Shown piece by piece: positions 7,395 to 15,260 of a DNA stretch of 30,958 nucleotides. Origin of the DNA: a virus. Its lineage: Duplodnaviria > Caudoviricetes. The notes below the pieces were generated by a model. It worked only from the letters and a program-made list of their open reading frames with translations. It ran no database searches and was not told where the DNA came from. The stretch covers positions 1 to 30,958 of IMG/VR virus record IMGVR_UViG_3300033402_000730, one strand, 5' to 3'. Made by a program: the position numbers and the translations under genes. The stretch's first letter is position 1; every line of letters starts with the position of its first letter.

Positions 7395-8078
7395 ATGACC
7401 AAGCCAAGGCCGAAAACCGGTGAAACGCGGAAGACAAAGCTTCCGCTCAAGATCGATCGCCTGCCGCAGGCCGCGCAGGAGGCGATCAAGACACTCTATG
7501 ACCGGGGGCGCACCTGGGTGGAGATTGCCGAGCAGTCGGCTAAGCCTTACAGTGCCGATTGGGAGAAGGACGGCGGCGGTTTTATCGATTGGGTCACGGT
7601 GGAGACGGACGCCCTGGATCTCTTTCCCGGCCTGCGCCTGGCCAAGTCTAGCCTGCAGCGCTGGTTTGATCTGCGCGTGAGCCAGGTGCGCGCTCAGGTG
7701 CTGGCGGAGAGCGCCAAGGCGCGCGAGTGGGCCGCGGCCTTCGCCGGCGCGGATCTGCCCGAATCCAATGCGGCGGTAATGAACGCCATGCGCGACCAGG
7801 TCTTCGCGCTGATGCAGCAGGTGGGCCCAGGCGACCAGGGCGCATTCCTCAAAGGCTTGAACATGCTCTCCCTCACCATGAGCCGCCTGCAGCGTGTCGA
7901 TCTGCAAGCGCGGCGGGTGGCCGTGGATGAAAAAAACGTGCAGATCAAACTGGATCTCGTCAGGGAAAAGGCTGGCAAGCTGCTCGGTGCAATCGAGGGT
8001 GGCGACGGCAAGCCGCCTGTGGCTCTCACCCGCGAAGATCTGTTGGAAAAGGTGAGGGAGATTTATGGCGCCGTCTAA
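7395..8078 (+). CDS. Terminase small subunit (Mu gp27/DUF3486-like)
   Basis: N-terminal KIDRLP, SSLQRW, C-terminal VREIYG; synteny. Confidence 0.8.
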   Translation: MTKPRPKTGETRKTKLPLKIDRLPQAAQEAIKTLYDRGRTWVEIAEQSAKPYSADWEKDGGGFIDWVTVETDALDLFPGLRLAKSSLQRWFDLRVSQVRAQVLAESAKAREWAAAFAGADLPESNAAVMNAMRDQVFALMQQVGPGDQGAFLKGLNMLSLTMSRLQRVDLQARRVAVDEKNVQIKLDLVREKAGKLLGAIEGGDGKPPVALTREDLLEKVREIYGAV

Positions 8079-9423
8079 CCAGATCTTCCTCCAGTATCAG
8101 CAGGACTGGATCAACGATAAATCCCCGCTGAAGATATGGAAGAAGGCTCGCCAGATCGGTTTCAGCTTCTGCGCAACCTTTCGCTCCATCACTGACATGG
8201 TGCGCCACAAGACGCTGTGGATCGCGCTCTCGGCCGGGCAGCGCCAATCGAACGAATTGGCGCATAAAGCGCGGGAACATGTCGAGGCCATCCAGCAGAT
8301 CGAGCAGGCGGCGCGCGGCTTTGAATTCATCGAGAATGAGAAGACCGGCATTTTCGAGACGGAAGGAACGGGCAATTTCGTCCAGGCCGTCGAGCTGACG
8401 CAGTCGGTGATTCACTTCCCCTCGAACAAGTCCCGCATGATCTTTGTGCCGGCGAACCCTGACACGGTCCGCGGCTATACCGGAAACGTCCTAGCAGACG
8501 AATTCGCTTTTCATAAAGACGCCAAACGCATCTACGCGGCGATTTATCCTTCGGTGACGCGCGGCTTTTCCATCGAAATCGGCTCGACGTGCTTTGGCGA
8601 GTCGGGCATGTTTTATGAGCTGAGCGAGAAAGAAAACGGCTTCTCGAAGCATTGCACGACAATCTACGACGCTGTAGCCGATGGCCTCAATGCTGACGTG
8701 AAGAAACTGCGCGAAGGTTGCCCGGATGAGGACATTTGGGAACAGGAGTACTGTTGCAAGTTCATCTCCGACGCTTCGAGTTGGATCACCTGGGCGCAGA
8801 TCCAGGCGTCCGAGTCTCTCTTTGCCACCACTGATCTGCCAGACAACTTTGCGCCCGTCGGCGAGCTGCTACTGGGAGTGGATATTGGCCGCAAGAAGGA
8901 TTTGACCGTCATCTACCTGCTCGAAAAGGCCCTGGGTGTCTTCTGGACCCGCGCCATCGTTCGTCTTCGCGCCACGCCGTTTGCGCTGCAGCGCAAGCGC
9001 ATCGACTGGTTTTTCGAGCATCTACCCATTCGTCGTGCTTGCATTGATTCCACCGGCATCGGGATGCAGCTCGCCGAGGAGACTCAGGTCAAGTGGGGAA
9101 GCTGGCGCGTTGAGCCGGTGACCTTCACGCTGGCGGTCAAAGAAGATCTGGCAGTGCGGACCCGGCGAGCTTATGAAGAAGGCACCATCCGCATTCCGGA
9201 CGATCGCGATCTGCGCAGCGCGGTCCACGCGGTGCGCCGCATTCCGACCGCGGCAAATAACTTCCGCTTTGACGCCGATCGCACCGAAGCGGGCCACGCT
9301 GACGAATTCTGGGCGCAGTCGCTGGCGCTGCTCGCCGGCGACAATGGCGGCGTCTGCACGCTTGCTGGCGTGCAAGCCTCGGAGAAACCCACATCAACCG
9401 AGCAACTGAAAGGCTACCTCTGA
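8065..9423 (+). CDS. terL: Terminase large subunit (Mu gp28-like)
   Basis: YQQDW, KARQIGFS (Walker A), VLADEFAFH (Walker B), GVDIGRKKD nuclease motif, GHADEFWA. Confidence 0.95.
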   Translation: MAPSNQIFLQYQQDWINDKSPLKIWKKARQIGFSFCATFRSITDMVRHKTLWIALSAGQRQSNELAHKAREHVEAIQQIEQAARGFEFIENEKTGIFETEGTGNFVQAVELTQSVIHFPSNKSRMIFVPANPDTVRGYTGNVLADEFAFHKDAKRIYAAIYPSVTRGFSIEIGSTCFGESGMFYELSEKENGFSKHCTTIYDAVADGLNADVKKLREGCPDEDIWEQEYCCKFISDASSWITWAQIQASESLFATTDLPDNFAPVGELLLGVDIGRKKDLTVIYLLEKALGVFWTRAIVRLRATPFALQRKRIDWFFEHLPIRRACIDSTGIGMQLAEETQVKWGSWRVEPVTFTLAVKEDLAVRTRRAYEEGTIRIPDDRDLRSAVHAVRRIPTAANNFRFDADRTEAGHADEFWAQSLALLAGDNGGVCTLAGVQASEKPTSTEQLKGYL

Positions 9424-11480
9424 TGGCCAACGATAAAATTGCCGCCGTTCCGCCCATGCCGCCCAAGGGGGAGATGATCCCGGCGCAGAGCCTCTACATG
9501 CAGCAGATCTCGCTCTACCGGAATACTTTGGCCTTTGGAGGTACGCGCAATCCTTCGGAGATCTGGGCTTGCATGAAATACAACCTGCCGCAGACCATGG
9601 CTTACTATCGCGAGCTGGAGGAGAAGGACGAGGACGTAGGCAATGCGCTGGACGGCCTCAAGCTTAGCGTGATGGAGCGCTCGACCTCCGTGCTGCCGGC
9701 CAACGACAAGGATTCGCTGGCTGTGGATGTGAAGGAGTTTGTGGAGGACCAGCTCACCTGTGTGAATTTCGACGAGGTGCTGGATTGCGTGCTCGATGCG
9801 CCCGGCTACGGCTTCAGCGTGCAGGAGATGATTTTCGACACCTCGGAAGGCCAGGCGCAGCTCATGGACATCAATGACTGCCCGCAGGAGCTGTTCCTCT
9901 TCGGAGATCGTTGGCATCCGCAGATCGGACAGCTTGAGCTGCTAGATAATCCGTGGGCTAGCGGGGGCACGCCCGTACCTGAGCAGAAGTTTCTGATCTT
10001 CAGCTACCGCAAGCGCAGCCGCAACCGGATGGGGCGCCCGCTGCTCAAGGAGGTCTTCTGGCCGAGCTGGTTCAAGCGGAATATTCAGCGACTGTGGGTA
10101 CAATTTGCCGAAAAAGGCCCCGGAACTGCCGTAGTGCATTACAACGACCCGGATAATGAGTCTGACCGCAAGCGGGCTGTGGAAATTGCCCAGGCGCTGA
10201 TTGACAATGTCGCCATCGCTGTTCCCCATGGATTCGAGTTTGAGCCCGAGATGCTGAAGATCGCCCGCGCGCAGGATCCCAAAGTCTATCAGGCCTTTTT
10301 CGAGAAGATGCAGCATTCGATTATGCGCCGTATCCAAGGCGAGACGCTGACCACCTTTGGCAGCGAGGATGGCCGCGGCTCACAGGCGCAGGGCAAGACG
10401 CACGCGGATACCTTCGACACGCGCTCGGTGTCGCTTTCCAAGGCTGTCATGTCCGTAGTCAATGACCAGCTCGTACGGCCGCTGGTGCTCTGGAACTACG
10501 GCCCCAATGCGCCCATGCCGCGCTGGATGATCGAGACCAAGACCGGCGAGGATCTGGGCAATCGGCTTGAGATCGACATGGGCCTCCAGTCGATGGGCAA
10601 GAAATTTACGGTTGGCTACATCAGCCAGCGCTATGACGTGCCTCTGGCCGCTGGCGAAAATGGTGAGGATGCGGACGATATTCTGGTGCCCGCGGCCGGC
10701 GCAGCGCCGCAAGTGAAGATTGCGGATCGCTCCACGGCCACCTTTGCCGAGCGCCAGGCCGAAGCTGATAATCAGGCCCAGATGGCGCAATACGATAAGC
10801 TCTTCGCGCAGCTCCAAGGCGAGGCTAAAGGAATCTTCGCCCAGCGCGTGAAAGAGATCGCAGCAAAAGCCGCACCTAAAAGTCTGGAATTTCGGGATGG
10901 CTGGGTCGAAATCGACGATCATCCTGTACATTTTGGGCCTGACGGAAAAGTCGATATGGGGAGGCATGGCTCAGAGCGGAAACCTATCGAGATCGATGAA
11001 TCAGGTGTTCACGGAGCAACGCCAAAGCAGGCAGCATTTATCGATAATTTGCGTGACAAAATCGAAGAGGATGCCGCCAAAAGCCTCGAAGACTCACAAT
11101 CCAGGTTTGAAAGATCTAAAAGTGTACCTGTTAAAGAAGGCTACGAAGAAACGTTGAGAAAATCCAATGAAATCAGAGCTGCCGACACTCTGATACAAGC
11201 GGCCACGATCCACGCGATGGATGCTCTTCCAACTCCAGCGAACAGCAAGGAGGCATCGAAAATGATCGATGCGCTTCAATCTGGGGTGAGCGAAATCGTA
11301 AAGTTACACCCAGACGCACTCAAGGCATATCAGGATGCCGTGACTAGATTTGGCTATTCAGAACCAGGAACAGCCACTAAAGCAGTTGAGGGGTTGCATT
11401 CAACGGTAATTCGGAGTGGAAGCCAGATTGGCGGAACGGTAGACAGCTCGAAAACTTTAGCCAATCTGAGAAAGCGATAA
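9423..11480 (+). CDS. Portal protein (Mu gp29/DUF935) with ~200-aa C-terminal extension
   Basis: ELEEKD, LDAPGYGFSVQE, FAEKG, IQGETLTT, GSQAQGKTH, QLVRPLVLWNYG; extension starts near 10880. Confidence 0.92.
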   Translation: MANDKIAAVPPMPPKGEMIPAQSLYMQQISLYRNTLAFGGTRNPSEIWACMKYNLPQTMAYYRELEEKDEDVGNALDGLKLSVMERSTSVLPANDKDSLAVDVKEFVEDQLTCVNFDEVLDCVLDAPGYGFSVQEMIFDTSEGQAQLMDINDCPQELFLFGDRWHPQIGQLELLDNPWASGGTPVPEQKFLIFSYRKRSRNRMGRPLLKEVFWPSWFKRNIQRLWVQFAEKGPGTAVVHYNDPDNESDRKRAVEIAQALIDNVAIAVPHGFEFEPEMLKIARAQDPKVYQAFFEKMQHSIMRRIQGETLTTFGSEDGRGSQAQGKTHADTFDTRSVSLSKAVMSVVNDQLVRPLVLWNYGPNAPMPRWMIETKTGEDLGNRLEIDMGLQSMGKKFTVGYISQRYDVPLAAGENGEDADDILVPAAGAAPQVKIADRSTATFAERQAEADNQAQMAQYDKLFAQLQGEAKGIFAQRVKEIAAKAAPKSLEFRDGWVEIDDHPVHFGPDGKVDMGRHGSERKPIEIDESGVHGATPKQAAFIDNLRDKIEEDAAKSLEDSQSRFERSKSVPVKEGYEETLRKSNEIRAADTLIQAATIHAMDALPTPANSKEASKMIDALQSGVSEIVKLHPDALKAYQDAVTRFGYSEPGTATKAVEGLHSTVIRSGSQIGGTVDSSKTLANLRKR

Positions 11481-11584
11481 GAATAAGGAGGCGGCCGCAC
11501 ATGGTAAGAAATGCCGAGTTACGTATCGGCCCAGGCTGCCAAGCCCGACGCACCGCTTGCCCAAGGATGAGGGCGCGGCGGAGA

Positions 11585-12001
11585 TTAAAATATTACCCAA
11601 TCAAATCCGGCTGCCAGAAAATGATTGAGCGCGAAAATTTGCGGGGAATCGGCACGATCGATGCGATTTTCGCTTATCCTCCACCTCGAAAAAATTGTGG
11701 CATTCGAGATGCAGCCCTTTTCATGAAGAATGAGCAGCCATGGGGCGAGCCGCGTGCAATAGGTTTTCGGCGGCAGATGGGCGAAGGCCGCGCGCAATTG
11801 CTGCGCAAGAAAATCCCTCTTTTTGAGCGAATCTTCCACTCGGCAGTGATCGGGCAAAAATGCCGGATCTATTTCCCTCGGCTCGCGGGCGTGCGCGCAA
11901 AGTTCTGCATCTGCACGGGCGCGCTCCGGTGCGGATTGCTCCCATTCCCATTCATGGCGGCTCAGGCCTGCCAATTCAGATTTGCGCCTCTCGCTCAGCA
12001 T
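11585..12001 (-). CDS. Hypothetical protein (antisense moron gene 2)
   Basis: RBS GAGGAG before the ATG; starts 3 nt after the stop of the upstream minus-strand gene. Confidence 0.6.
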   Translation of the reverse strand: MLSERRKSELAGLSRHEWEWEQSAPERARADAELCAHAREPREIDPAFLPDHCRVEDSLKKRDFLAQQLRAAFAHLPPKTYCTRLAPWLLILHEKGCISNATIFSRWRISENRIDRADSPQIFALNHFLAAGFDWVIF

Positions 12002-12004
12002 GGG

Positions 12005-12343
12005 CTATCTCCTCGCTGCGATATTTGGCCAGGAAGCGCAATCGAAATCGATTGGCGCAAAAGCGGTGGGATCGATCCGGAAGCCATAATCTTCGATGAT
12101 CCTGATCCGCAGGGTGCAGAGTTCAAGCGGCGTAAGGAGATCGAAATCATCGGGATTGAGAGGGCGGGTAAGGGCCACGAACCAAGTAGAAGGCCCAATA
12201 TCGGCCGATTCATAGGCGCGGCCTTTTTTGATTTCTTCAGCGGAAAGAGGGGCGGCTTTGATTTCTGCCACATCCCATCCGGGCATGTTTTTTTTTGCGG
12301 TTTGGCTTAGAAGGGCGAGGATTGTTGCGGTGCTGATTTCCAT
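12005..12343 (-). CDS. Hypothetical protein (antisense moron gene 1)
   Basis: RBS AAAGGAG before ATG 12343; TAGAAT -10-like box upstream near 12400. Confidence 0.6.
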   Translation of the reverse strand: MEISTATILALLSQTAKKNMPGWDVAEIKAAPLSAEEIKKGRAYESADIGPSTWFVALTRPLNPDDFDLLTPLELCTLRIRIIEDYGFRIDPTAFAPIDFDCASWPNIAARR

Positions 12344-12438
12344 TCTCTTTCTCCTTTGCCTCTGGCGGAGGCTGCAATCTCTCGATCGCAAGATCATTCT
12401 ACTCTTCTTTGGGCCAAAATCTGTGATGGCTGACACAA

Positions 12439-13266
12439 ATGTTTCACCTGGGTATCTTAATGCCTGAATCTCATGCGCAAGTTCAACTCGGCGATCTGCT
12501 GGCGCGCCACCTGGCGGCGGCGAATCTGCTGGGACGGTTGCATGTGGGCCGGTACGCGGTCAAAAAACTGCACAGCCCTGTGCGCCTGGCGCTGACTTCA
12601 CGGCTGCGCAACTTCTCGGACGACAAGGCTCAGGGCGATACGCTTAACGTCGGCTTCAGCTTCGACATGCCGGCGCAAGGCGCTGTCGAATATCTGCGCG
12701 ATCTGACGCCGGTGACGCGCGCGCTCTTTGACGGCCTCACCGGCCAATATCGCAACGACGCCTTCACGGTGGCCGGCGTCAGCGATCAGAGGCTGATCGC
12801 GAAGATCCGCGATACGCTCTCCGAGATCCAGGCTAAAGGCGGAAGCCGCGAAGACTTCCATAAAGCCGTGGATGCCTTGACGACGAAAGCCGGAATCCAG
12901 AATCTCGCGGCCTTTGAGCTGGACACCGTCTTTGCCACCAACACCGGCAAAGCTTACAGCGCCGGCCGCCTCGAGCAGATGCGCGAGCCAGGAATGATGG
13001 AAGCGCTGCCCTATTGGCAGTATTGGACCGCCGGAGATCTGCGCGTAAGGCCCGCACACGCGGCTCTCGACGGATTCTGCGCCCGCGCCATTGATCCGGT
13101 ATGGCTCAAGATTTATCCGCCGAACGGCTATAATTGCCGCTGCTCAGTGATCCCCGTACTGCCCGAGGACGCACCTGAAGGCAGCGATGAAGGCGGTATC
13201 GAAAGGCTTCCATTGCTCGCGCAATTCGCTCGGCCGGAAGGCTGGACGGGGCTGCATGTAGCTTAA
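12439..13266 (+). CDS. Minor head protein MuF (gp30/SPP1 gp7 family), short form without toxin extension
   Basis: AFTVAG, LDTVFATN..KAYSAGR, YWQYWTAGDLRVRPAHAALDG, YPPNGYNCRCSV. Confidence 0.93.
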   Translation: MFHLGILMPESHAQVQLGDLLARHLAAANLLGRLHVGRYAVKKLHSPVRLALTSRLRNFSDDKAQGDTLNVGFSFDMPAQGAVEYLRDLTPVTRALFDGLTGQYRNDAFTVAGVSDQRLIAKIRDTLSEIQAKGGSREDFHKAVDALTTKAGIQNLAAFELDTVFATNTGKAYSAGRLEQMREPGMMEALPYWQYWTAGDLRVRPAHAALDGFCARAIDPVWLKIYPPNGYNCRCSVIPVLPEDAPEGSDEGGIERLPLLAQFARPEGWTGLHVA

Positions 13267-13291
13267 CTATTCAAACTGTCGCATCTTTTGC
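13263..13291 (+). promoter_or_regulatory. Putative late-promoter activator site (head operon, Mu PI position)
   Basis: TTAACTATTC...CA.CTTTT shared with 3179-3207. Confidence 0.5.
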
Positions 13292-13334
13292 TGTTACAGC
13301 ACGGGCTTGATCGCTAGCCGCATAAGGTGGATAC

Positions 13335-14672
13335 ATGGCGAGCACGCTCACAAAGATCGTCGATGGCAAACCCTTGGAAAAGGATCAATTTGCGTACGTG
13401 GGCGATGAAAAGGATATTTCCACCTGGCATCTGCCTATCGACAGCGATCATCTTGAATCGGCGTTGAAGATGTTCGGCCATGAGAAGCATGTGCCGGAAG
13501 CCGAAAAGGATGCCGTAGCCCGCAAGATCGCAGCCAAGGCAAAGGATGCCGGGCTCGACACGGCCAACTTTCGCAAAACCTACCTCTCCACCCAGGAGCA
13601 CGCTGAAGCGCCGCGGCCCTGGATTGAGATCTTCCGCGCCGGCGATTATCGCGGAGCCAATAAAGGCCTGATTACCAGCGATGATCTCCATCGCGTGGTT
13701 CGCAACTACGACCCCACCTATCACGAAGCGCCAGCCACCATCGGCCACCCGGCCGACGACAAGCCTGCCTATGGCTGGATTGACCAGCTCATGGTGGATG
13801 GCGACAAGCTGCTGGCGCGGGAAAAACAGGTCGATCCCAAATTTAATGAGGCGCGCAAGGCTGGCCGCTTCAAGAAGCGTTCGGCGGCATTCTACTGCGA
13901 CGCTGACGGTACGATTCAGGGTTTGCGGCATGTCGCCTATCTGGGCGCGCAGCCGCCCGAGGTCAAGGGTCTGCAGGACCTTGCATTCAACGATCATGGC
14001 GCGAGGTTCATTGAGGTGGACTTCGAGGAGGATGGAACCGTGGCAGGAGAAAACAAAACCGTCAAAGAGGAAATCAAGGCCTTCTTTGCAGAGCTGTTCG
14101 GCGGCTCCGCGCAGCCGAAGACCTTCAGCGAGGGCGATGTGCAGCGCATTGCCACCGAAGCCGCGACAGCGGCATCCGCACCACTTGTGGCCAAAATTAC
14201 CGCACTCGAAACCGACCTGACTGCCCAGAAGGGCAAATTTGCCGAGCGCGAGCTGGCGTTGGCTGGCGACGAAGTCAAGCAGCGCGCCACGGCGGCCGTC
14301 GCCCGGCTGAAGAGTGCCGGCAAATGGGTGCCCGCCTTTGAAAAGCAGGGCTTGGGTCTGGTCTTCGACGAGCTGGCCAAGGTAACCACCACTGTCGAAT
14401 TCGGCGAGGGTGACGCCAAGAAGACAGTGACCCCGCTGGAGACGCTGGTGCTCTTCCTGGAGGGGCTGCAGAAGATTGTGCCCTCCGGCCAGATTCTCAA
14501 CGGTGCGGCTCGCTCGCCCCGTGGCACGGCTGGGAGCGGCGATCCTCTCACCGATGCAGCCAAGGCGCGCCAGAAGGAAAAGAACATCACCTTCGGCGAA
14601 GCGTTGGCCCAGGTTGCCTCCGAGCAGCCCGAGCTGACCGTTATGGGTGCGGCTGCTGGCGGCGCTGTCTAG
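13335..14672 (+). CDS. Prohead protease/scaffold (Mu gpI) with an extra N-terminal domain
   Basis: WIEIFRAG, APATIGHP, PAYGWI, LRHVAYLGAQPPEVKGL. Confidence 0.88.
   Translation: MASTLTKIVDGKPLEKDQFAYVGDEKDISTWHLPIDSDHLESALKMFGHEKHVPEAEKDAVARKIAAKAKDAGLDTANFRKTYLSTQEHAEAPRPWIEIFRAGDYRGANKGLITSDDLHRVVRNYDPTYHEAPATIGHPADDKPAYGWIDQLMVDGDKLLAREKQVDPKFNEARKAGRFKKRSAAFYCDADGTIQGLRHVAYLGAQPPEVKGLQDLAFNDHGARFIEVDFEEDGTVAGENKTVKEEIKAFFAELFGGSAQPKTFSEGDVQRIATEAATAASAPLVAKITALETDLTAQKGKFAERELALAGDEVKQRATAAVARLKSAGKWVPAFEKQGLGLVFDELAKVTTTVEFGEGDAKKTVTPLETLVLFLEGLQKIVPSGQILNGAARSPRGTAGSGDPLTDAAKARQKEKNITFGEALAQVASEQPELTVMGAAAGGAV
14040..14672 (+). CDS. Nested in-frame scaffolding protein (Mu gpZ-like)
   Basis: Internal GAGGAGG followed by an in-frame GTG at 14040, right after the protease domain. 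Confidence 0.65.
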   Translation: MAGENKTVKEEIKAFFAELFGGSAQPKTFSEGDVQRIATEAATAASAPLVAKITALETDLTAQKGKFAERELALAGDEVKQRATAAVARLKSAGKWVPAFEKQGLGLVFDELAKVTTTVEFGEGDAKKTVTPLETLVLFLEGLQKIVPSGQILNGAARSPRGTAGSGDPLTDAAKARQKEKNITFGEALAQVASEQPELTVMGAAAGGAV

Positions 14673-14781
14673 AGATTTCCGCGCGCCAGCCTCAAAACTG
14701 GCGGCGATGGAGCGGCATCGCGAAAATCCGTCGGGCGGCCGCTATTCGCCCAGCGCACTTTGAAGGCCCCTAGGAGGGCAC

Positions 14782-15198
14782 ATGGCTAATATCTACGTTG
14801 AAGCGAAAGGGCCAAAAGGCCCGCAATTCAAGGAATCGCTGCTGCCTGCTGCCGTGGCCGGCTTTGAGCGCGGCCTGGCAGTCACTTACGGCGCTGACGT
14901 TTACCATGCGGCCTTGATCGCCGCGGCTGGCGCTTCGGCTGTTGGCATTCTCGAAGAAGACGCCATCAATATCACCAACCCCTGCTCTGTCATCGAGTTT
15001 GGCCAGTCTGTTGCGCAGATCGGCGCGAACGTGACGGCGCTGCAGCCTCTGGCTACCAACGCTGCCGGGCAGCTCGTGCCGGCAACAGCCGGGCAGCCAG
15101 TCGTAGCCATCGCACTGGAATCGCAGAATTACGTGGCTCCAGGCAGCTTTGCCAACGTCTTCGTGCTGGGCCTGCTGTCCTTTGCCGCGCTGCCATAA
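14782..15198 (+). CDS. Capsid decoration/cement protein (DUF2190-like)
   Basis: Ala/Gly-rich, LATNAAGQLV, VAIALE; lies between scaffold and capsid; RBS AGGAGG. Confidence 0.75.
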   Translation: MANIYVEAKGPKGPQFKESLLPAAVAGFERGLAVTYGADVYHAALIAAAGASAVGILEEDAINITNPCSVIEFGQSVAQIGANVTALQPLATNAAGQLVPATAGQPVVAIALESQNYVAPGSFANVFVLGLLSFAALP

Positions 15199-15260
15199 GC
15201 CTTGCGGCGCATCGGTTCTTTGAACGATTTCATCCGTGGAAACGGTAGGAGGAACATTCA

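Noticed and set aside
11501-12310. 269-aa plus-strand ORF with a strong RBS
   Set aside because: Arg/Cys/Phe-rich, non-protein-like, and fully antisense to two ORFs with good SDs; likely a shadow frame, though not excluded.
12439-13266. MuF polymorphic toxin
   Set aside because: MuF ends shortly after the NCRC motif with no toxin extension.
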